From NCBI GenBank assembly GCA_946965045.2, contig OX337234.1:2108001-2172000 (forward strand): a DNA stretch of 64,000 bases, written 5' to 3'. The translations under genes and the position numbers were made by a program. This document shows positions 1 to 7,862 of this stretch, piece by piece; the first letter of the stretch is position 1; each line of letters begins with the position of its first letter. The notes below the pieces were generated by a model that was not told the DNA's origin, did no database searches, and saw only the letters and a program-made list of their open reading frames with translations. Origin of the DNA: Epithemia pelagica (Eukaryota; Protista; Bacillariophyta).

Positions 1-1252
1 GCTGCAAGGCTTGATAGGTTTCATGACGTTGTCGAATTTCCGACAAGGGTGTCGGATCGACGCCTTGCAAATCGGTTTCCAACAAGGTATCCAAGGCATC
101 CTTCATATTGACCGCCGTATCCAATGTGGAGGTTGTTGTGGTTGTTGTTTGACTGTGAGCATAGGGAACATGTCGATCGGATCGACTCAAAAAGAGTTCG
201 GCCAATTTGGAAGAATCCGTAGTGGGGTTGGTGGTGCGGGTGGTACCTGAAGGGGACAAAGAAGAAGATGACGACGACGAAAACAAGAAATTACTGGGAA
301 ATTGGGGAGGATGCAACTTGGTCGTCAAGGAAGACGATGTGGCAAAGCGAGGGGGTGGTTTCGGACCACCAATCAAGGACTGTGATGCAGAGCCTGCCGT
401 GCGGTTGTTACGAGTGCCAGTGTCACTGGCAGCAAACGTTAGGTTCCCCTCTTGGCTTTGGAGGGTCGTCGTCGGAGTGCCACCATCGGCTCGAACCGTT
501 CGACGCACGGCCGATCGATTGACGGGCAAATTAAAGGTGGGCAATTTGGCATTGTCTTGCAAATGCATGTGCACACCCGGAGGATGAATCCGCCACGAGG
601 CATCGTCCATTCGTCCACGACCATCGAGCTGGTGCTTTCGAGGAGAGGACGTCCAGTGGGAAGTGTCCTCGTCCAGCTCCATGGGAGCGGCGGTGTCAAG
701 AGTCGAAGGGGCGCCTCCTCCATTCGTTGTGGCAAGAGCCGCAGTGGCAGGATTCAATGCTGGTCGGGAGGATGACATGGGCGATCCTCCCGAACCCAAG
801 GAGAGTAAATCATCCACAATGCTATCCCACCCATCCATGGGGACCACCAACGGATCGTCGTCCTGGGGTGGTGGTGGAGGTTGTAATGGTGGTTGTTGCT
901 GTTGTGCCGTTTGAGTGGGAGGAGGTGTCAAGGAAGAGGACAAAGACGAAGAAGCACCCGTTGTCTTGGAGGCTGTAGTGATGGATCCTGTCGCATTCAG
1001 TGTTCCATTTGTCATCTTCAACAATGTGGAGGAGGACGGAGGATTGGAGTGTTCGGATGGCATTCGTTGTTGGGACAAGTTGTTCTGCGGAGTGGTGCTG
1101 GACGTATGGCTTGCGTTGATCGCTTTCGTGGCATTCAAAGTGTGGTTCTTTGTGCTGTTGGAAGAAATGGATGGATCATGATTGCCTTCCGACATTTGTT
1201 GTTTGGCGGAACGAACGGTAAGGGGTGGATCTGCCATCATCACCACCACCAT
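1..1252 (-). CDS. Hypothetical low-complexity (S/T/P/Q-rich) protein, 3' end runs off the window
   Basis: Manual translation of the minus strand from ATG 1252 (in-frame TGA just upstream) gives MVVVMMADPPL... with no stop down to position 1 (~417 aa). It is absent from the ORF track because it has no stop. The plus-strand ORFs here are its shadows. Confidence 0.65.
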   Translation of the reverse strand, partial: MVVVMMADPPLTVRSAKQQMSEGNHDPSISSNSTKNHTLNATKAINASHTSSTTPQNNLSQQRMPSEHSNPPSSSTLLKMTNGTLNATGSITTASKTTGASSSLSSSLTPPPTQTAQQQQPPLQPPPPPQDDDPLVVPMDGWDSIVDDLLSLGSGGSPMSSSRPALNPATAALATTNGGGAPSTLDTAAPMELDEDTSHWTSSPRKHQLDGRGRMDDASWRIHPPGVHMHLQDNAKLPTFNLPVNRSAVRRTVRADGGTPTTTLQSQEGNLTFAASDTGTRNNRTAGSASQSLIGGPKPPPRFATSSSLTTKLHPPQFPSNFLFSSSSSSSLSPSGTTRTTNPTTDSSKLAELFLSRSDRHVPYAHSQTTTTTTSTLDTAVNMKDALDTLLETDLQGVDPTPLSEIRQRHETYQALQ

Positions 1253-1876
1253 GGGGAAGACTCGAATTCACAACAAGTGTCAATGACACGACACGAAAAA
1301 GATGGAGATCCAGTTCTCTAGTTGCTGGGCTGTCTTGCAGATATAGAGCGTCTGCTGTCTTGGCAAGAATGTTGTGTCCTCTGGTATATTATTTTCTCCG
1401 CACTATTCGTATTCCAAAAGGCCTCTTGTTGTTGTTGTTGTCGTTGTCGAAGGAATGAATCTCTTCGTGACAAAACATGGGACAGAAACCGGGTGCAGAT
1501 GACACGGCGGAGAAAGCGTTGGATCAATGGTTTACTTCCGCGCAGAAATTGCCGGCGCCAAAAGGGCGCACGGAAGCACGTGATTGGTAGAGATGATGAG
1601 CGCTCGAGAGTATGACGTATCCGCGACCTTTTCAGTCGCATTCACGTGGCGGAAGACAGACAGAAGAAACCTTAGCGGGAGTGGATTCTACAAGGAATTT
1701 ACCGCGACCATGACCAAAATTGGATCTTTCTCGGATAGAGATGTGATGTCTATGATATATGATGATAGAGCATTTCTGCCCTCTTTATTGACATTCCATG
1801 ACATCCTACTCCTTGCGTTGTAGATCCACACCATTCCCTTTCGAGAGTCCATTCGCCGTCGTTTCTTCTTTGAACC

Positions 1877-3289
1877 ATGGGAAGTTGGACGATTATTAGT
1901 GTCTTGCAATTTGGAGCCGTCGGAGATGGAGTGACGGACGATACTCGGGCCTTTCGAGCCGCCCTGGGCTTTCTCGCCGCTGTCGGAGGAGGCCAACTAC
2001 TTGTCAATGGTTTTGGACGACGGTATCGGACCTTGCCGTTGGAATTGACCAGTCACATGGTCTTGTATTTGGAGGAGGGAGCGACTCTGTCGGCCATGAG
2101 TGACGTTCAATTGTGGCCCTTGGACCCGCCCTTTCCGAGTTATGGAGGACCCTGGCATTATACCTATTTTCTGGGAGGCAAACATGTCACGAATGTGACC
2201 ATTGTCGGAGAAGGACGAAGCAGTATTGTGGATGGTCAAGGCGCGTATTGGTGGGAACGACGACGGAATCACAGTCTCCAACACGGACCGGGACATTTGA
2301 TTGAATTTCTCTATTCCAACCAGATTCGGTTGTGGAATCTCCACCTCGTGGATAGTCCCTCGTGGAATGTTCACTTTTACGATTGTACCGATGTTCATGT
2401 GAAACAAGTCCACATTGTGGAACCAGAATCGGCTCCCTTTGTCGATGGCTTTGATCCCGACAGTTGTCGCAATGTCTTGATTGAAGATTCCACCTATCAG
2501 GGAGGCGATGATTGTGTGGCTATTAAATCCGGCTCGGATTGTTTTGGCATTGACTATGGCAAACCCAGTGTCAATATTACCATTCGCAATCTCACCTGTC
2601 ATGGATTCTCGGCCGGTATTGCGATTGGATCGGAAATGAGTGGAGGAGTGGAAAATGTCACGATTGAAAATGTCTTGTTTACCAAGGCCAACAAACCGGC
2701 CGACATTAAAGTCGGCAAAACGCGTGGAGGCTACGTGCGCAATGTCGTCTTTCGCAACATTACCGTCACGGGAACGATTCAACGAGCGATTCATGTCGAC
2801 ATGTTTCATTACAATGACTCTCCCAACCGGTATTGTCCCAAGGGTTGGAAGCCTCCGACCTTGTCGGATCTTTCCAATTTGACCTTTGTCGGATTTGATG
2901 GGCGGAATGCCAGTTATATTGACTACCAACACCGACCCAATACAACCTTTCATTTTTATGCCTACCCGGAAAGTCCCATCCGGAATGTGTATCTACAAGA
3001 CTTGTACTTTCCCGACAATACCTATGGAGTCAATTGGAACTGCAATGCCGTTGAGGGTGTGGTGATCAACCACACGGTACATCCCTGGCCACCCTGCGAC
3101 GGTTTTACTATCTTGGATGAAAACCACCATCACCACCACAGTCGTGGCGAGGAGGAATCCGTGTCAGGCATATCTCCAAGCCACGCGTTGGCGGTGGTGC
3201 TCGGCGCTCTCTTGCTGGTTCGTTGGTGGACCATACATGGGCTGTCATGTAGAGGTCGTCGTCAAGTTGCACCGAGATACGGCGATTGA
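1877..3289 (+). CDS. Glycoside hydrolase family 28 (polygalacturonase-like) with a C-terminal hydrophobic helix
   Basis: N-terminal FGAVGDGVTDDT motif; GH28 motifs VDGFDPDS, GDDCVAIKSG, CHG..GIAIGSEMSGG and IK..KTRGG; C-terminal ALAVVLGALLLVRWW. An upstream exon cannot be excluded. Confidence 0.88.
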   Translation: MGSWTIISVLQFGAVGDGVTDDTRAFRAALGFLAAVGGGQLLVNGFGRRYRTLPLELTSHMVLYLEEGATLSAMSDVQLWPLDPPFPSYGGPWHYTYFLGGKHVTNVTIVGEGRSSIVDGQGAYWWERRRNHSLQHGPGHLIEFLYSNQIRLWNLHLVDSPSWNVHFYDCTDVHVKQVHIVEPESAPFVDGFDPDSCRNVLIEDSTYQGGDDCVAIKSGSDCFGIDYGKPSVNITIRNLTCHGFSAGIAIGSEMSGGVENVTIENVLFTKANKPADIKVGKTRGGYVRNVVFRNITVTGTIQRAIHVDMFHYNDSPNRYCPKGWKPPTLSDLSNLTFVGFDGRNASYIDYQHRPNTTFHFYAYPESPIRNVYLQDLYFPDNTYGVNWNCNAVEGVVINHTVHPWPPCDGFTILDENHHHHHSRGEEESVSGISPSHALAVVLGALLLVRWWTIHGLSCRGRRQVAPRYGD

Positions 3290-3778
3290 TGGAACGATTG
3301 CCAAACCGCTTCTACAAGAAGAAGGGTTGTGGAACATGGTCCCGGCCCTCACGAACACAAATCAATCAACGGCGCAATGACAAAGAAAGAACGACATGAA
3401 GATTTTGTTCCAAGCATGACACCATTCCGACGACTGCGTGCTTGTGGCGGAAAGGGATTTTCACAAGAATGGCTACGATGCAATTGTTGATTGACCTTGT
3501 TCTTCGGGCATTGCATTTTTGTTGTCCGACCACGTTCGAAAAGGAAAAGAGGAAACTCACCAAAACATTCAATGTAGAGGCAAAATTTGAGCTAGCTATT
3601 AGGTTTAGGTTCTCCAGTGTGACGCCTTTTGTCTGGTAGCCACTTCCGCAGGAGCTACAGTAGAAAGAATCCGATCAACAACAGCAACATTAAGAATACT
3701 GGAGGGGCCATCGAATGTTTTGATCACAGAGCCGACAAAATGTTCACCGTTGGAAGCAAGTATGGGCAAAATCAAAGA

Positions 3779-5326
3779 CTATTCCTGTAGCCACACAATC
3801 ACCACAGAGATGTTATCATAACTGCCAAGCCTGTACGCTTGTCGGGCTAATTTGCCAGGAATGTCTGGCTTGGGTGTCCCATTGATGCAATGACTTCCCA
3901 CAAAGGCCACCGCGTCCAACGAGGACATGACTTCCCATAGTCCATCTGTGGCCAAAACAACAAAGTGTTCTTGAATCTCTTGTTCCGCTGTTGACAATGG
4001 TTCTTGGTCATTGTCCTTTTCTTCTGTACCGAGGACAACATGACCCCCGGCACTCTTGACGGGGTACAGGAAAATGTCTGGATCCCCGGAAACGTGTGGA
4101 CGTAAGCTCCGATCCCCAATGGCCCGTGCAACAGTTAGAATTCCATTGACTCGAGCCGGATAGCCTCGCCCATATGTTATCACCTTGCCACCACGAACCT
4201 TTTCAATATTGTAGCGTTCCTCAGGATCATCGGGTCTGTGATCCTTGGTTATCTGGCAATAGGAAACTTGTTTCTTGCTGTTGTTGTTGTGAGTGGTGGA
4301 AGAATCTTTGTTACTCTCTTCGGAAGTGAATGGCGGGGGTTGAACTAGTTCGGTCACGCGTCCGGCCACCGCACGACAATCACCAATGTTGGCCACAATC
4401 AAAACACTCTCCTGCTTGTTGTTGTTGTTGTCGCCATCCTCGTCTTGGATCAATGGATTAGTGTCATTGTTACTCACGGCTTCAGATGGAATATGCAACT
4501 GCCACACAACAAGTGCGGTAGAGCCCACACCATTCCAGCTCTCTTGTTTCAGGACAAAGTCATCCAATTGCTTAAGCGTGGATGTGAGAGATTCTACGCA
4601 TTCCTCAATGGATTGTTTGTTTTGAATCTGTACCAACGGAGATGGCCCCGATAATAAGGATGATTCGGAAACAAGTGTATTGTAAAGATTATCCTTCAAA
4701 TACTCGCTCACTTGTGGTCCACCATGTCCATCAAAGACAGCAGCCAAGAGAGATGACTTTCCTCCACCCCCTTCCATGTCTGACTGTTCATGGATTGCCA
4801 CAACTTCATCTTGCATGCCTGGTCGTCGACCTTTGATCGCATGGGCATGGACTCGACAGTTTTCGTCGCTATTTTGTTCCGACGGTTCCAGAGTCGGCCT
4901 CAAATCATTCTTCTTGGAACTGCTGGAAGACGAGTACTCACGGACAGCTTGGGAAAGGGTAATGCGGGAATCTCCTCGTCCTTGTTGATTTCTCGTCAAA
5001 GTGGTGGTTCTGGGCATCCACCATTGCTGCCGCTTTCGGAAGAATATTGGATGGAAACCTCCACAGTATCTGTTGTACAATTGAGAGCTGTCATGCAGTT
5101 GATCGGTCATCCTCGTACGCTCCAGCTGTTGTATTGGTCGTTGCTGCTCGGTTGAGAAGGGACGGCAAGGCCAACGGCAAGGTCCGTGGCTTGGGTTCGT
5201 GGCGAAGGCTGATGGAAGTTCATCTCTTACCAGAAGTAACTGCGAGGATCGATTTTCGATTCTGGAGCACATCAAACGAAGAAGCGAAAGGATAGGACGC
5301 ATCTCTTTCATCATTGTCATTGTCAT
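3779..5326 (-). CDS. Protein phosphatase 2C (PPM family)
   Basis: Motifs GRRPGMQDE, VFDGHGG, GSTA, ANIGDCR, DHRPDDPEE, RAIGD, LATDGLWEV and GSYDNISV. The native start is most likely ATG 5326; the ORF-track extension to 5434 lies inside the copia LTR. Confidence 0.92.
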   Translation of the reverse strand: MTMTMMKEMRPILSLLRLMCSRIENRSSQLLLVRDELPSAFATNPSHGPCRWPCRPFSTEQQRPIQQLERTRMTDQLHDSSQLYNRYCGGFHPIFFRKRQQWWMPRTTTLTRNQQGRGDSRITLSQAVREYSSSSSSKKNDLRPTLEPSEQNSDENCRVHAHAIKGRRPGMQDEVVAIHEQSDMEGGGGKSSLLAAVFDGHGGPQVSEYLKDNLYNTLVSESSLLSGPSPLVQIQNKQSIEECVESLTSTLKQLDDFVLKQESWNGVGSTALVVWQLHIPSEAVSNNDTNPLIQDEDGDNNNNKQESVLIVANIGDCRAVAGRVTELVQPPPFTSEESNKDSSTTHNNNSKKQVSYCQITKDHRPDDPEERYNIEKVRGGKVITYGRGYPARVNGILTVARAIGDRSLRPHVSGDPDIFLYPVKSAGGHVVLGTEEKDNDQEPLSTAEQEIQEHFVVLATDGLWEVMSSLDAVAFVGSHCINGTPKPDIPGKLARQAYRLGSYDNISVVIVWLQE

Positions 5327-5369
5327 GGCTGTCCACCGGAACAAACCAGTATAAGAAATTGGAAGTGAG

Positions 5370-5543
5370 TGAATAAATCCCGCCAACAGGTCGCATATTG
5401 GCGGATACATGGTCGCATATTGGCGAATATGCATCGCCTACATATGCTGCTACGCATCTAGTTTTCTAGTCATAATTTTGGTCTAGCCACTTGTTGTACG
5501 CCGTATACACCGTGTTGTAGCGTGTAGTGGCAGGATTTATACA
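5370..5543 (+). repeat. 5' LTR of the copia element
   Basis: TGAATAAATCCCGCCA...TGGCAGGATTTATACA, matching 12274-12447. It has a 16-bp imperfect terminal inverted repeat and an internal GGTCGCATATTGGCG duplication. Confidence 0.97.
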
Positions 5544-5559
5544 GTTTATCAGACCCAAC
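5544..5559 (+). promoter_or_regulatory. Putative primer-binding site complementary to a tRNA 5'-half (Ile-type anticodon loop)
   Basis: GTTTATCAGACCCAAC directly abuts the 5' LTR. Its reverse complement, GT-TGGGT-CTGATAA-AC, reads as anticodon stem + 7-nt loop + 2 nt, the geometry of the Drosophila copia half-tRNA PBS. Confidence 0.6.
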
Positions 5560-5564
5560 TCGCA

Positions 5565-5638
5565 GAGCCGCAGTGGTTTAGCTGGTAAACGTTTCCTGTT
5601 GGCTCGTGGTGCCAGGGGTTCGAATCCCCTCAGACTCA
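5565..5638 (+). ncRNA. tRNA-like module (intact D- and T-arms / Pol III A- and B-boxes; degenerate acceptor and anticodon stems) in the copia 5' UTR
   Basis: D-arm GTTT-AGCTGGT-AAAC (5576-5590) and T-arm AGGGG-TTCGAAT-CCCCT (5614-5630), with exactly 23 nt between them as in a class I tRNA. No anticodon stem forms. Confidence 0.7.
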
Positions 5639-6323
5639 GCTTTAAGTTAAGACTCCCAATTTCTGGGGGCCGCCATATTTGGGGTGTATGGTACAAGACG
5701 TTTCCCCGCTGGTTAAAAGTGCATGTTCTTCGCAAGGGTGGCAGATTGACCCCGGTCTTCGGGCTAGAAGGGGTTCACCGCCTTGTACATACGCTATATG
5801 CCAATGCACGGGGGAACTAAAATTTTTTTATCTAACTCACCAACTATGCTAGCTAAGCTATGCATCCTGTGAAACTCCTTGGAGTCTTGCTCTCTGCCTT
5901 TTGCCCGTACTGGCAGCGGCTGATCACCGCTTGGGAGTGTTCGCGCTAAGCTACTCGTCACGGTATGCTTGCGGCACTACTTATAGTTCACACTCGTGAT
6001 GTGTGACCCATGGCACTCTCCCACGTGACGGGGAGCACTCGCTTAAGTGAGCGATTGTTTCGGTAATCTTTTCTCCATACATGAAAATATAGATACCTCC
6101 TTTTGCACTGTGCCGACGCACACGTCCTAAGTATTTGTTCTCTGCCGACTGCAGCGCAAACGCAAGTCGACACTACTTGTGCACCTTAATTCCAGGTAGA
6201 ATCGCGAAATCTACGATCTGCATCACCTTTTGGCAATGCCTCCACACTTCTGTGTTTTTTGCCTGTGTTTTGCTCTGAACCTCTCCTGCTTCTGGCTCTC
6301 TTGCTTTCCTTTTGCCTTCCACC

Positions 6324-7862
6324 ATGTCTTCATCCACTGCCCCTGAAAATCCCAAGGAAGATTTCAAGGCTGCCGTTAAACGCTGTGGATACAATGATGC
6401 CACCGTGACCTACATCATTGAGCAGGGTTTTGATGATGCTCAATCGTTCATGACTGTTGCGGTCCATCAAGTGCCGTCGATGTTGAAGATGATGGCGAAG
6501 ACCCCTCCAGAGAACGGGGCCTTTCCCTTCAGTGCCAACCTGCAGCTCCACGGCTTCCGAATGTGGCTCGAATACCGTTCGTCTCGTGGTCAGGCTCTTA
6601 AAGTCTCACTTTTCTCTGATCCGCCCCTGATCAAGAAATGGACCAAACGTACCCAGGAACTGTTTGCACTCAACAAGGAAGTTGCCTCTGATGAACTGAC
6701 CCCACCGAAAGAGTTGACTTCGTTTACTCAGTGGGAGGTGTTTAACGATGCCTTGCTCACGTTCCTCGCACAGCATCGCAATCCCACAACGGGTGTCCCT
6801 TTGACATACGTCCTTCGTGAAACTAAGCCTGTTGGTTCTGAAGCAAGGAATGCTGCCTACGATACTATCGATGACGATTTGATTGCTACTACTATCCTGC
6901 AAGGTGATCAGTATGCCCTTGACAATCAACGCGTCTTCACACTGATGAAACCTTTTCTTGTTGGCGGACCTGGCCTGACGTTCATCAAGCCCCACCAAAA
7001 GAAGAAGGACGGCCGTGAGGCGTATCTTGCGTTGACTCGCCAAGCTACTGGCACAGCAGCTGTCACCATCCGCAAGAAAGAAGCATACGCTGCTATTGCC
7101 GACGCAAAGTTTACAGGCCGCGGTCGTTTCTCGTATCAACAATATGTTCACCGCCATCAGAAAGCTCATAATACGTTGGCTGAACTTGATGAACCCGTTG
7201 CTGAAACCAAAAAGGTAACCGATTTCCTCAAAGGTATATCGGATCCCTCTTTGGCGGCGGGAAAGACGGTCGTCAACGGTGACGCAGCAAAGCTTTCTGA
7301 TTTTGAAGCGTGCCAGCAGTATTTTGGCACGTTAATTGCTGCATCCCGTACCGACAAGACCAATGACGAGAATCGAAAGATTGCTGGTGTGGGTACGACT
7401 AAGACTAGTGGAAAGAAGAATGGTCGTAACAAGCAGAATAAGAAGAAGACACGTCATTACAGTTTGGATGAATGGCGCAAGCTCTCTGATGAAGAGAAGG
7501 CCGAAATCCTCCGCGCCCGTAAAGAACAGAAAGACGCTAATGGAAAGCGCAAGGCCGGAGCCGTGCGAACTGAAGATGAAAATGGCTCTCGCAAGTTGTG
7601 TAAAACTGAAACTCCAAAGTCTGATGACATGAAATTGGAGACCACTGACCTGGATGGCGACGACGCGCCGAACCATTCCGAGCCTGATCCTCCTGTTGCT
7701 GATGAGCCGACTGTTCCCAAAACCTCAGCCGGAAACAGTTTCGGACGCTTTGCCCATAGTAAAAAAGGATCTACAAAGCCGCACAACCCTGATGAAACCA
7801 AGGAGCCTACAACTGCCGTTGCGAAAGCTGCCCTTGCTGATAAGGCCACAAAGCAGACCTGA
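6324..7862 (+). CDS. gag: Copia Gag
   Basis: First ORF inside the LTRs (ATG 6324). CoDi-like gag features include GVPLTYVLR, DGREAYLAL, KVTDFLKGI and YSLDEWRKLSDEEK, with a basic C-terminus. It ends in TGA in frame with pol. Confidence 0.9.
   Translation: MSSSTAPENPKEDFKAAVKRCGYNDATVTYIIEQGFDDAQSFMTVAVHQVPSMLKMMAKTPPENGAFPFSANLQLHGFRMWLEYRSSRGQALKVSLFSDPPLIKKWTKRTQELFALNKEVASDELTPPKELTSFTQWEVFNDALLTFLAQHRNPTTGVPLTYVLRETKPVGSEARNAAYDTIDDDLIATTILQGDQYALDNQRVFTLMKPFLVGGPGLTFIKPHQKKKDGREAYLALTRQATGTAAVTIRKKEAYAAIADAKFTGRGRFSYQQYVHRHQKAHNTLAELDEPVAETKKVTDFLKGISDPSLAAGKTVVNGDAAKLSDFEACQQYFGTLIAASRTDKTNDENRKIAGVGTTKTSGKKNGRNKQNKKKTRHYSLDEWRKLSDEEKAEILRARKEQKDANGKRKAGAVRTEDENGSRKLCKTETPKSDDMKLETTDLDGDDAPNHSEPDPPVADEPTVPKTSAGNSFGRFAHSKKGSTKPHNPDETKEPTTAVAKAALADKATKQT

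Noticed and set aside
1997-2953. 318-aa minus-strand ORF and many other overlapping short ORFs
   Set aside because: These are antisense or alternate-frame shadows of motif-supported genes, with no recognisable motifs.
5565-5638. Functional or suppressor tRNA gene
   Set aside because: The anticodon and acceptor stems do not pair and there is no UCA anticodon, so it is kept only as a tRNA-like module.
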